Source of the DNA: Candidatus Eiseniibacteriota bacterium
Lineage (GTDB): Bacteria > Eisenbacteria > RBG-16-71-46
Assembly: GCA_963725865.1 (NCBI GenBank)
Contig: CAVSAC010000011.1
Location: 69,152 to 133,151 of the forward strand
Length of the DNA: 64,000 bases
Direction: 5' to 3'
The notes beneath the pieces were generated by a model. It was given only the letters and a program-made list of their open reading frames with translations. It had not been told where the DNA came from and did not search any database. This document shows positions 31,059 to 42,385 of this stretch, one piece after another; position 1 is the stretch's first letter, and each line of letters opens with the position of its first letter. The translations under genes were made by a program, and so were the position numbers.

Positions 31059-33211
31059 ATGGCGGACTTCAACGGGGTGGAGGGTGAGCCCGTGCGCGGG
31101 CGCGAACCCGTCGGAGCGGTGGCAGGCTGGCTGGAGGACGTCCTGCGCGGTACGCGCGGGCAGCTCGAGGAGAACGCGCGCGCCTGGGTCTCCGATCTGA
31201 AGGCCGCCAATGAGGCGCTGCGGCACGGGATCGACACGCACAGGAGCGAATCGTTGTCGGAAGCGCTCGACCGCCTCGAGCGCCTGGAGGCGGCGCTGCG
31301 ACTGGCGCCCGGGCAGATCGTGGAGCACGTCGGCCGACACACCGCCCGGCTGACGTCGGCCGGCATCGCCCAGCTGCGCAGGATCGACCAGCTCGAGGCG
31401 GCCGAGCGGGAGCTCGAATCCGCCAACACGCGGCTCCACGAGGAGATCTCCGAGCGCGGGCGACTCGCCCAACTGGCGGGGGAGGCGGAGCGGGGTCTGC
31501 GGGAGGTGCGCGAGCGCTTCGAGAGCGCGTTCGACAACGCTCCGATCGGCATGGCGCTCATCGCCATGGATGGGCGATGGCTGCAGGTCAATGGTGCGAT
31601 GTGCCGGATCACCGGCCACACCGAGGACGAGCTGAAGGCCACCACGCTCCGCGCGATGACGCATCCCGAGGACGTCGACCTCGACGCCGGGAGCTTGCGG
31701 GAGCTCCTGGCCGGCCACATCCCCAGCTACCAGGTCGAGAAGCGGTTCCGCCATGCCTGGGGGCATCGACGTCTGGGTGCTGGTGACCACATCGATCGTG
31801 CGCGACGAGGATCGGAAGCCCCTGTACGTGGTCACGCAGGTGCAGGACATCTCCGAACGGAAGGAGCTCGCCCGGCATCTCGAGTACTTCGTGGATCACG
31901 ACTTCCTGACCGGTCTGTTCAACCGCCGGCGATTCGAGCAGGAGCTCGCGCAAGGAGGTCGACCGGGCGGCCCGCTACGGCGCCCCCGGAGCGGTCCTGC
32001 TCATCGATCTCGACAACTTCAAGGACGTCAACGACACCTTCGGCCACCGCGCCGGCGACGACGTGCTCAAGGGCGTGGCGGGGCTCCTCAGGCAGCGCCT
32101 GCGTCAGTCGGACATCGTGGCGCGGATCGGTGGAGACGAATTCGCCGTCCTGCTTCCGCAGACCAACGCCGACCGCGCGCAGAGCGTGGCGGACGAGCTG
32201 GTCAAGGCGCTCGGCCGCGAGACGGCCGTGCTCGCCGATCGCTCGATCCCGCGTCACCGCCAGCGTGGGGGTCACCCTGTTCGACGGACTGACCGACATC
32301 GAGGTGCTCGCCTACGCCGACCTCGCGATGTACGAAGCCAAGGAGGCCGGGCCGGAATCGCTTCGCGATGTTCCGGCCGGTGGCGGGTAGGCGGGAACGC
32401 GGATCGGCCCGGCTCGTCGAAGCGGAACGGATCCGCCACGCGCTCGAGGAGGATCGACTGATCCTCTATTGCCAGCCGATCCTCGATCTCGTGAGGGGTG
32501 ACGTCAGCCAGTACGAGCTGCTGCTCCGACTCCCGGTCGAGAAGCGGGGGAAGCCGCTCCCGCCCAGCGCCTTTCTCTACGCCGCCGAGCGCTTCGGGCT
32601 GATCCAGGCGATCGACGGCTGGGTCGTCCGCAAGGCGATCGGCCTGATCGCCGAGCACGCGCGCGCGGGGCGCAGGCTGGTGCTCAATGTCAATCTCTCG
32701 GGCAAGTCGATCGCGGACCTCAAGCTCGCGACGCTGATCGAAGCGACGCTGACGGAGACCGGGATCGATCCCAGCCGCCTGATCTTCGAGCTGACCGAGA
32801 CGGCGGCGATCGCCAACTTCGAGGAAGCCCGGGCGTTCGCGGGCCGACTGCACGGCCGCGGCTGCCGGTTCGCACTGGACGACTTCGGCGCGGGGTTCGC
32901 CTCGTTCTCCTACCTCAAGAACTTCCCGTTCGACTATCTCAAGATCGACGGTGAGTTCATCCGCGGCCTCGCCGACCAGCCCGATGAACCAGCTCGTGGT
33001 CGCAGCCATCGTCAGCATCGCGCGAGGGACTGGGCAAGAAGACCGTCGCCGAGTTCGTGGCGGACGAGGAGACCGCCCGGCTGCTCCGCGGATCGGCGTC
33101 GATCATGCGCAGGGCTACCACATCGGCATGCCGAGACCGGTATCGGAGGTGCTCCAGGCCGCAGCGATGAGCCGCGGCGGGGCGCCCCCGCCCGGGATGG
33201 ACCGAGGGTAG
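31059..33211 (+). CDS. coiled-coil + PAS/PAC + GGDEF + EAL c-di-GMP protein, frameshifted
   Basis: FDNAPIGMALI and THPED (PAS); DFLTGLFNRR; RQSDIVARIGGDEF (I-site plus intact GGDEF); YELLLRL, DDFGAGFASFSYL, KIDGEF, AQGYHIG. Confidence 0.92.
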
Positions 33212-33727
33212 CGCCGCGCGGTGCCGCGCGGGCGAGCGCGTGGAGACGCCCGCACGCCGGCTGACGTGCTCGGTGCGCATCCGTGAGCAGGCGGATCCGC
33301 GCCAACGGATCCGTCCCCGAGCGCGAGCGCGCTCAGGCGGGGAGGAGCCGCCGTCTCGAAGCGAGAGACGAGCTTCGGGCCCCACGCCGGGGCGGCATGC
33401 CGCGCGCCCGGCGCCGCCGCCTGTGGACACCCGGACGCGTCGGCGAGCGTCGGCATCGGCTGTGGGGAGCTGACGGGGGATCGCCTGCCGAGCACGGCGT
33501 CCCGGGCGGGCCGAAGCCCGACCGCGAGGCGGACCGAGCGCAAGCCGAGCCCACGGAGCCGACGAGCGCCCCGATCCTCGATGCGATCGCGCTCACAGCC
33601 AGGCGCATGGTCATCCCGTCCCCTTTCCCGATGTGTGGCCCGGCGTGGGCGCGCCGGCACGTCGTGCCGGCGCGCGCCGGACTGTCGCCGAGGGGCGAGC
33701 GCCGGTCCGTTCCGGCGTGTCTCGCGC

Positions 33728-33922
33728 TCAGCCCCGTCCGACCCGGATGTTGCCCAGGTTCCCGATCAGCCCGAAGGCGCTGAGCAGCCACAGCACCACG
33801 GCGATGACGACCACGATGTTCAACAGCTTCTTGATCTTCGCGTCCATCGGGATGTAGGAGTTGACCAGCCAGAGCAGCACTCCCACGACGATCAGCGTGA
33901 CGATGACATTCAGCAATGGCAT
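33728..33922 (-). CDS. Thivi_2564-family small membrane protein
   Basis: MPLLNVIVTLIVVGVLLWLVNSYIPMDAKIKKLLNIVVVIAVVLWLL; GGAG RBS. Confidence 0.85.
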   Translation of the reverse strand: MPLLNVIVTLIVVGVLLWLVNSYIPMDAKIKKLLNIVVVIAVVLWLLSAFGLIGNLGNIRVGRG

Positions 33923-33998
33923 GGCGATCTCCACAGGTTCTGTCCGGGATCGGCCGCGACGCGGTCCGGCGCCGCGGCACCCCGGGGCAGAGATAACG

Positions 33999-34013
33999 GC
34001 AGGAAGCATGCCA
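33999..34013 (-). promoter_or_regulatory. sigma-54 -24/-12 promoter
   Basis: TGGCATGCTTCCTGC. Confidence 0.65.
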
Positions 34014-34077
34014 CGGGCTCCGCGCGCCAGAATGCAGAGCCTGGGGCCTCCGGCAGGGCGGGGAGGGGGCCCGGGAA

Positions 34078-34109
34078 GCGCGGACCTACAAAGGGAAGCA
34101 GGAATTACA
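34078..34109. promoter_or_regulatory. tandem activator-binding sites (putative UAS, TGTA variant)
   Basis: Minus strand TGTAA-TTC-CTGCT and TGTAG-GTC-CGCGC, 19-bp period. Confidence 0.55.
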
Positions 34110-34213
34110 CGCTGCGTGAGGGCGATCGCGAAGCGGAGCACCGAGTCCCGAAGGGTCCGCACCGGGCCCTCAATCTCCCCGGGCGGCCCGCCCCGGCGTC
34201 GCGCCGCGCCGCG

Positions 34214-35212
34214 TCAGTGGACCATCCCAGCGACCAGGGCGGCGAGGAATCCGAGCACCGCCGTCACCGGGATCGTCAGGAGCCAGGCAGTGCACCATCG
34301 TCGACGCCACGGCCCAGCGCACGGCATTCAGCCGCCTCGAGGCGCCGACGCCGAGGATGCTCGAGCTGATGACGTGCGTGGTGCTGAGCGGGAATCCCAG
34401 CTTCGAGGCGACCTGGATGACCGCCGCCGCGGAGGTCTCGGCGGCGAAGCCGTGGATCGGCTCCAGGTGCACGAGCCGGTTGCCCATGGTGTGGATGATC
34501 CGGCGTCCGCCGACGAGCGTCCCCGCGGCCATCGCCGCCGCGCTCAGCGCGATCACCCACGTGGGAACGTGGAACGACGGCAGGAGCCCGCCGCTCACCA
34601 GCGCGAGCGTGATGACGCCCATCGTCTTCTGCGCGTCGTTGCTGCCGTGGCTGAACGCCATGAACGCCGCGGACACGATCTGGGTCCGCCGGAAGATGGG
34701 CCCGACGCGCGCCGGTGGCATGGAGCCGAAGATCCGCGCGAGCAGTCGCATCAGCCAGAGCGCGACCAGGAAGCCCACCACCGGGGACAGCAGCGAGCGG
34801 CACCACGACCTTGCCCCACAGCACGCCCCAGTGGACCGGTGCCCACGCCGAGGCTCGCGATCCCCGCGCCCAGCAGGCTGCCGATCAGGGCGTGGCTCGA
34901 GCTGCTGGGGATGCCGCGGTACCAGGTGATGAGGTTCCACGCGATCGCGGCCACCAGCGCCGCCGCGATCGCCCCGAGCGGCACGGACGCGCCGACGATG
35001 CCGCTGCCCACGGTCTTCGCGACCTCGGTGCCGGCCATCGCGCCGGCGAAGTTGAGGATCGCCGCCATGGCGATCGCGACCCACGGCCTCATCACGCGCG
35101 TCGAGATGACGGTCGCGACCGCGTTCGCCGTGTCGTGGAATCCGTTGATGAAGTCGAACACCACGGCCAGGCCGATGACGACCAGCAACGGGGTGAGCCC
35201 CGGGCTAGGCAT
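34214..35212 (-). CDS. pit: inorganic phosphate transporter (PiT family), frameshifted
   Basis: FDFINGFHDTANAVAT, GIPSSSSHALIG, FSHGSNDAQKTMG, PLSTTHVISSSILGVG. Confidence 0.93.
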
Positions 35213-35837
35213 GCTTGATCACGAGTCCGCGCAGGACGTCCGCGATGTCCTCGCAGTCGTCGGTGACGTGCTCCATGGTCTCGTAGATGCGGCTCCAGGC
35301 GATCACCTCGGTGGGATCGTGCGGACGGTGGAACAGGTCCACGATGCCCTGGCGGAGCAGCGCGTCGCCCTCGTTCTCGAGCCGGTGGATCTCGACGACG
35401 CCCTCCTGGACCTGTCGCATCGCGGATCGGCTGCGCAGGTTCGGCAGCTGCCGGGCCACGACCTCGGTGCACTCGACGATGATCGTCGCGAGGGAGCGGG
35501 CCACGGTCGTCGGGGCCGCGATGTTGTAGATGGACATCGCGTCGGCGGCCTCGTGGATGTGGTCCATGACGTCGTCCAGCCCGCGTCGCGATGGCGATGA
35601 TGTCCTCGCGATCCAGCGGGGGCATGAACACGCTGTGCAGCGACTCGTAGATGCGGTGCGTGATCTCGTCGCCCTTGTGCTCCAGATCGTGCAGGCGCGC
35701 GACCATCGCATCCGCGATCGCGGAACTCCCGGCAGAGCTGGTCCAGCAGGTGCGCCGCGTCGACGTTGTTCTGCGCCGCTTCCTCGAAACCGCCGAAGAA
35801 GTCCACCTTCGGTCTGCGCGTCTTGAGGCGTCCCCAA
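35205..35837 (-). CDS. DUF47 (PhoU-like) phosphate transport regulator, frameshifted
   Basis: LEHKGDEITH, FMPPLDREDI, LDDVMD, IHRLENEGD, DDCEDIADVL; GGAGG RBS with TTG start. Confidence 0.9.
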   Translation of the reverse strand: MGTPQDAQTEGGLLRRFRGSGAEQRRRGAPAGPALPGVPRSRMRWSRACTIWSTRATRSRTASTSRCTACSCPRWIARTSSPSRRGLDDVMDHIHEAADAMSIYNIAAPTTVARSLATIIVECTEVVARQLPNLRSRSAMRQVQEGVVEIHRLENEGDALLRQGIVDLFHRPHDPTEVIAWSRIYETMEHVTDDCEDIADVLRGLVIKHA

Positions 35838-35869
35838 AGGTCCTCCTGCGAAAGTCGTCGTGCGGCGTG

Positions 35870-36545
35870 CTACGAGGCTCGGCGGCGGGCGGATCCACGT
35901 GCTCGGCCGCTCGCTCGGCTTCGGCGGTGGGAATGGCGGGATTGGGACGGTGCCGCCTGCGCGGGCGGGCCCATCGGGCGCGGGCTGCCCGAGCGCCGCC
36001 GCCTCGAGCGCGGCGCCCGGCGTGGGCGCGGCGCGGCCTCCGCCGCCGGCTCCGGCGCGGCGGCTTCGGCCTCGACCATGGCCTCGGGCTTCTCGATGCC
36101 CTCGCCCTCGACGCGGGCCTCCTCGGGCCGTTCGGAGACGAGCGCGCGCAGCCGCTTCGCCAGCGCGCGCACGACCTCCTGGAGCAGCGTCAGGTCGCCG
36201 GCCGCGACGTCGTAGAAGGCGTCGCGGTGCAGGGCGAGAGCCAGTGCCGTCCTCGATGCACTCCGCCCGCTGCCCGCGCGAGGAGTCGTCCACCAGCGCC
36301 CAGGTCCCGAACGCCTCGCCCGGACCGACCTCGGAGATCGTCCGCTCGCCGGTCGAGAGCCGCACGCGGCCCTCGACCATCATGTAGAGCGCATCGGCGA
36401 TGTCGTCCTCCTGGTAGATGGCATCGCCCGCCGTGAGCTCGACCTCGCGGGCCACCTCCGCCAGCTCCAGCAGATGCCGCGGACCCACCTCGCGCAGCAG
36501 GTCCGCGCCCTTGAGGATCAGCACGCGCTCGACCGCGGTCAGCAT
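35870..36545 (-). CDS. cyclic nucleotide-binding domain protein, frameshifted
   Basis: MLTAVERVLILKGADLL, IYQEDDIADALYMMVEGRV, GPGEAFGTWALVDDSSR; ATG overlaps the stop of the upstream gene. Confidence 0.85.
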
Positions 36546-39261
36546 GTCGCCTCCCGCGGGGCGGCGGCCGGGGCCGGTCGCCGGAGAGCCGCAGCGCGAG
36601 CGATCTCGGCGCGCACGCGAGGATCGTCGTCCTCCGCGGCGGCGAATCGTCGCGGATCGAACGACGGGGAGAAGCGCGAGGCGCGCACCGCGCAGGCGCG
36701 CAGCCAGCCGTCCTCCGAGCTCCACGCGGCCTCGATCCACGCGGCGAGCGGGTCCAGGGCGGGGTCCGCCTGCGCGCCGGCGGCCGCGGGCTCCTCGAAG
36801 ACCTTCCTGCACGTGCCCGAAGATCGATCGCGGCAGCACGTGCTCGAGGAACTCCAGCGCGGGTGAGGCGACCAGCCGGTCGCGCGAGCGGAGCCGCTCG
36901 AGGACGCCGATGAGCGGCTCGGGTTCGTACCAGCACGCCAGCGCCTGCACGGCGCGCTCCAGCGCCATCTCGGCGGACTCGCGGTAGCTCTCGGCGAGCA
37001 GCCGGACCTCCGCGGCGGCGTGCGATTCGAGCGCGAAGGCCGGGTCGAGGCAGTCGCGGTAGTCGCGCAGCTCGCGCAGGAAGAGCCGGTGCGCGAGGTC
37101 GCGCGCCAGCACCGGCCTGTCCCGTCCGCACGCGCACCCGGGCCAGCCCGCGCAGCCCGAGGTGGCGCATCCGCAGGTCGCTGCTGCGGACGAGCGTCAG
37201 GAGCACCTGCACGGCGCGATGGCGTGCCGATCTGCGCCAGGGTGTTCGCGGCGAGCGACTGGGCGCGCGTGCCCCGTGCGCCGTCGAGCAGGCGCTCGAG
37301 TCGCGGCACGGCGGGTTCGCCGATCGCCGCGACGGCCAGCCGCGCCTCGTCGGTGGAGCCCGGGCACGACGAGCAGCGGCAACAGCACGTCGAGGAGCTC
37401 GCGCGACGGCCGCCGGATCGCGGACAGCAGGGCCGTCCTGCGGATCTCGGGATCCGGGATGCGCGAGCAGGGCGCGCAGCCGCGGCGCCGGGGCCCGGTC
37501 GGAGAGCACCCCGAGCGCGCGAGCGGCGAGCAGCTGGTCCTCGCCGCGCGTCGACGCGAGGCGGGCATCGACCCATTCCAGGGTGAGCGCCGCGCGCGCG
37601 GCGCAGGGTTGCTCGAACAGCACGTCGACCGCGTACCGCTGGAGCGTCCCGTCGTCCCCCCCGAGCACCTGGCGGGCGAACTCCACCGGCCGGGGACCGC
37701 GCACGAGCAGGTAGCGCACCGCCGCACGGCGCAGCGCCTCGTGCGGCTCGGCCAGGAAGCCGGCGATCCGGTTCTCGCGGTCGGTCAGGCCCATGGAGTC
37801 CATCGCGGCGACGGCGGCCGCGCGCACGTCGGGCGACGCGTGCGCGAGGCATCCGCGCACGGCCTGCACGATCCGCGCGTCCTTCACCTGGCCGCTGAGC
37901 TGCAGGGCGAGGACGATCCGGGCTCGTCCTCGGCGCGCAGCGCCTCGATCAGCGCCCGGCGCGCCGCCGGGATGCGCATCGCCGCGGGGGCGTCGTCGGG
38001 CTCGATCCAGCGGCTGCTGAGGATCTGCTGGAACGCGCGGCCGTACTGGCGATCGAGCGCGAACAGCACGCCGATCCAGGTCGCCGCGAGCACGGCGGTC
38101 ATGATCGCGATCGCGGCCACCGGCACGTGCAGCGCATGGAGCGCGACGACCAGCAGCACGCCGACCGCGGCGTCCGACCAGCGCTCGACGAGCGTGTCGA
38201 TGGCGGGCTTGATGCGACGGCGCTGGCTCGGCCGGATCGCGGTGTAGTAGATCTCGTTCGACGACTTGCCGAGCGTCTGCGAGAGCACGCCCTGGATCCA
38301 GCGCATCGCGATCACGACCCACATCCCGGGGGCGACAGCCGCCCACGAGGCCAGCGCGAGGACCGCCGCGGGCTGCAGCCCGGTCGAGACACCGAGGCCG
38401 AAGCGCTGCAGCAGCCAGCCCGCCGCGCCGAACTGGAACAGCAGCGAGAGGGCGTTGAGCCCGACGTAGAACCGTGCCCAGGAACTGCGTCAGGGCCCGC
38501 GGATCGGGATAGCCGTGCTGGATCAGGTACTTGAACTGGAAGTCCACCAGCGTGCCGACGATCACCGACAGCGCGAGCGCGACGACCAGGATCAGGATGT
38601 AGGGCGAGCGCCGGATGATCGTCCAGGGCGACGTGGCGATGTCCCTGGGTCGCGGCCGATGGGTGCGATGGGCCTCGAGGCGGCGCGTGAGGCCGTGGGC
38701 CGCGAGCAGGAAGACCGGGAGCGTCCACATCAGGCCGACGCGCTGCACGAGCGGGGTCGTCCAGCCGGCGAACGCACCGCCGGCGAGGCCGCCGAGCAGT
38801 CCGCAGCCCGCCAGGATGGGGAACACGCGGCGCGCGCGGCGCGAGTCCCAGATGTCGAGCGCGAGGACCCAGAAGTGGGGCAGGAGCATCATCGCCTGGC
38901 TGCCGGTCCAGACGTAGAAGAGCGCCGTGGTCCAGCGGTGCGCGTGCGGGTAGGCGAGCGCCGCCGCGACGCTGCACGCGATCGCGAGGTACTGGTTGAA
39001 GCGCGCGGCCCCGACGCGCGTGAAGCGGCGGGCCCAACGGCTCTCGAGCCACACGAACCCCGCCGAGGCCAGCGCGACCGCCACGTAGGCGTAGGGCAGC
39101 GCGAGCGCGCCGAACTCGACCAGGAAGAGCGCGTCGCGGAGCACCTTCGCGATGGTGTAGGCGCAGTACAGGAGCCCGACGAGGGCCCCCATGAGGGCGA
39201 GCCGGCGACCTTCGTCCGGCTCGAGGCCGAGCCCGCGCGCGAGGCTCTCGAACGGACGCAC
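36539..39261 (-). CDS. NTT/TLC-family nucleotide transporter fused to HEAT repeats, frameshifted
   Basis: AYTIAKVLRDALFL, FWVLALDIWDSRRARRVFP, LVDFQFK, RRRIKPAIDTLVER; then HEAT-like LAHASPDVRAAAVAAM and DPEIRRTAL. Confidence 0.82.
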
Positions 39262-39283
39262 GGAGGTTCATCGCCGGAGACCT

Positions 39284-40694
39284 CTAGGCGGCCTCGGTGA
39301 GCTGTCCGGTATCGCCTGCCGATCGCGACGGCGAGGATGAGCCACAGGACGATCAGCCCCACGTTCACCAGCGCGAACTGGCGGGCCGCGAAGCCCAGCC
39401 AGGTCGTGCCCGCGAAGACCATGCCCGCCGAGAGCACGTCCCCGAAGCGCACGAAGAACGTGTCGTTGGCCTGCTTGGCCTTGTACTTCGCGTCGCGACT
39501 GGTGGGCAGGTAGAGCGCGTTGCGCGTGGTGTTCTGCAGCGAGTAGTCCAGGGAGTTCTCCGCCAGCTTGGTGCCGCGGATGAACCCGATCAGCGGCACG
39601 AACGCCATCGTGGCGTAGCCGATCATCGCGACGACCGGCAGGACGAGCAGTGCGATGCGCACGCCGAAGTACTTGAGCACGCGCGAGACCACGAACGCCT
39701 GGAGGACCGCCGAGAGGATGTTCACGATCGTGAAGTAGTTGCCGTAGAACTCGCCGATCACCTTCTTCTCGTCCAGGCCGCCGGTGGCCGCGGCGCCGTG
39801 CGCCGCCGTGTAGAGCGCCACGACGGTCCGCCCGAGGATGTACTCGCCGTTCGTGTTCACGATGTTGTAGACCAGCATCAGGCCCGCGATCAGCAGCAGG
39901 TAGCGATCCGCGAACACCAGCGCGAAGCCGCTGCGACCGCTGATCGGCTGGTCCGCGCACCGCGCCCTTCGTCGCCTTCGCATCCGGCCGCAGGCGCCGC
40001 CGCCGCGCCGGCGGGCGGTTGCGCCTCGTCGGCGCTTCTCGCGGACGTTGATGACGCTCGTGAGCAGCATGCAGACGCCGAGCATCGCCGCGGCGCCCAG
40101 CATGAAGGGATACGGACCGTAGGTCTTGACCAGCTGGCCGGTCGCGAACGAGCCGGCGATCGCGCCGAGCGCGGCCCCGAAGCCCACGATCGCGAACAGG
40201 CGCTGGCCCTGCTCGACGGTGTAGATGTCGTTGGCGAACGCCCACAGCTGGGCGATGACCGTCAGGCTGAAGATCCCCACCCAGATGAAGAAGGCCACGC
40301 CGATCGGCACGTGCGCCTGGCTGAGGGCGAAGAACGCGATCAGGCAGGCGATGAAGAACAGCGTGACGCCGTTGATCAGCTTGACGCGGGAGACCCGCGA
40401 GGCCACCGCGCTGTACAGCGGCACGATCAGGATCAGAAGGCCGGCGGTCGCCGCCGCCGAGTAGCTCTTCACCTCCGCGCCGCCGGGGACGCTCAGGATG
40501 AGCGGTTCCCGGATGGTCTTGAGCAGGTAGTAGGCCGCCAGCAGCAGGAACACGTTGAGCATGAGGAGCAGCGCCGTCACGCCCTCGCCGCCGCGCACCT
40601 CGGTGAACAGGCCGAGCACGCGGTCGAGCGGCCCCTTGCGCTGGGCGCCCGCGATGCCGGCCGCGGGTCCGTCGGTCGTCGCGATCGTCTTCAT
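39284..40694 (-). CDS. NTT/TLC-family (Npt1/Npt2-like, ATP/ADP translocase-like) nucleotide transporter
   Basis: AYYLLKTIREPLIL, FFIWVGIF..AQLWAFANDIYTVEQGQRLF, ENSLDYSLQNTTRNALYLP...KYKAKQANDTFFVRFGD; the likely true stop is TAG at 39284 after a terminal frameshift. Confidence 0.88.
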
Positions 40695-40850
40695 GACGCT
40701 GCCTCCAGCGTTGGTCCGCCGCGGAGCGCGGACGTCGTCTTACCGGGTGGGCGGCTTGCTCGGGGCCACCGGGACCGGAGCCCGCTTGCGCGCTGCGAGC
40801 GAATCCCGCTTCGCCGCCGCGACGGAATCGCGCACGCGCGGTGGCGCGTG

Positions 40851-42385
40851 TCACCTGCTGCCGGCCCGCCTCGCGCGGCGAGGGCTTGGTCAGGATCCGC
40901 TTGCTGGTCGCGACCGAGTCCGCCCTGGCCGGCTCGGGCTTCTTCGCGACCTCTTCGTGCGGCCCTGGCGGTCGACGGCGCCTTCGGCAGGATGGGCATC
41001 TTGTGCTCGTCGATCTTGGGGACGCCGTAGCGGGTGAAGTCGATGCGCACCTTGTCGGCGAGCGTCGTCTGGGAACGCTTGTCCACGGCGTAGGTGTAGA
41101 GCTCGCCGCCGCCGAACCACAGGCGCACGTGGATGAAGTGGTTGAAGGAGCCCGCGACCACGTTCTCGGGGTCGACCGTCGAGCCCGCCACCTTGTACTC
41201 GGCGAACATCCGCGCGCTCTGCGCCTGGGGCGGGATCGTGTGCAGCGGCCCGCCGCCACCGCCGGTGACGATGTCGATGAGCACGGCGTCGGGCCACTTG
41301 AACAGGGCCCGCTCGTAGGCGTGTTCGTGCCCGCCCGCCAGCACGCCGATGCCCGCTTCGTGCAGGGCCTGCATCATGCGCTCGCGCCGGTTGCGCAGCA
41401 CGGAATCCGCCTCCCACTCGACGCGGTGGAAGCCGAGCGAGAACGGCGGATGGTGCAGGAACACGAACGCGGGTCCGGTGTGCTCCTTGAGCCGCGCCAC
41501 CATCCAGCTGATCTCCTCGTCGGAGTACTTGATCTGGACCTCGCGCGTCCAGAGATGCGCGGGGTCCGCCATCGGGTTCGAGTCGAGCGCGATGAACCGC
41601 ACCCAGCCGTCCGCGGAGTCGAAGCAGTAGTAGAGGCGGTCGCCGCTCACGGGAAGCCCGGTCGCCGTCCGCCAGTTCGCGACGCCGTCCTCGGTGTCGG
41701 TGCGCTCGTGGTTGCCCGCGACGGGGAAGTACGGCACGCGGGACGTGAGGGGCTGGTTGATCTTCAGGAAGCGCTCCCAGTGCGCCGGGCGTCGTCCATC
41801 GTTCACCAGGTCGCCGGTGTTGATCACCGCCGAGACCATCTCGCCGTGGGCGTTCAGCGAGTCGGCCTTGGCCAGCATCGCCGAGACCACCTTGCGTTCG
41901 GGGCCCCAGGTGGGCATGTGGCGCAGCCTGCCGGGGATGTCCCGCAGCAGCGCGAGATCGGGATACAGGCCCTTCACGAGCATGAACGGGATGGTGACGA
42001 GGCCCTTGAAGAACTTGACCGGGTTGGGCGAGAACATCTGCTGCAGCGTCGCGTACTCCGGCTGCAGCCGCGAGACGCGGTTGCCCGGCCGGTTGTCCCC
42101 GAGCAGGAAGATGTTCAGCGTGTCGGCCGTGTAGCCGTTGCGCAGGCGCCCCAGGTAGCGCCGGGACGAATCCGCCGTGCCCGGGACCAGGCCGATCAGC
42201 GTGTCGCCGAACATGGGACCCAGCGAGACGCAGCGCCGCGCCGTGCTCCTCGCGCTCCGTGCGCGGTCGAATCGGCCTTCACCGGCGCCACCGTCTGCGC
42301 GACGTAGCTGAGGCGTCCGATGCCGGCGCAGCCCGCGAGGCCCGCCGCGGCGGCCGCCGATCGTCACGACGCAGGCGGAGCTCAC
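40851..42385 (-). CDS. calcineurin-like metallophosphoesterase (purple acid phosphatase-like), probable lipoprotein; end approximate
   Basis: LLGDNR, NTGDLV, AGNHE, FLHHPP, GHEHAYER; correcting one indel gives an N-terminal AAAAAGLAGC lipobox. Confidence 0.88.

Noticed and set aside
33333..33612. Possible small ORF (MTMRLAVSAIASRIGALVG...) downstream of the Thivi_2564-like gene
   Set aside because: It has an RBS-like sequence but a low-complexity product with no recognisable family; support is insufficient.
35205..37112. Apparent HEAT-cNMP-DUF47 fusion ORF
   Set aside because: The frame drifts in and out of sensible protein, and the cNMP and DUF47 genes have their own RBS and starts; best explained by indels.
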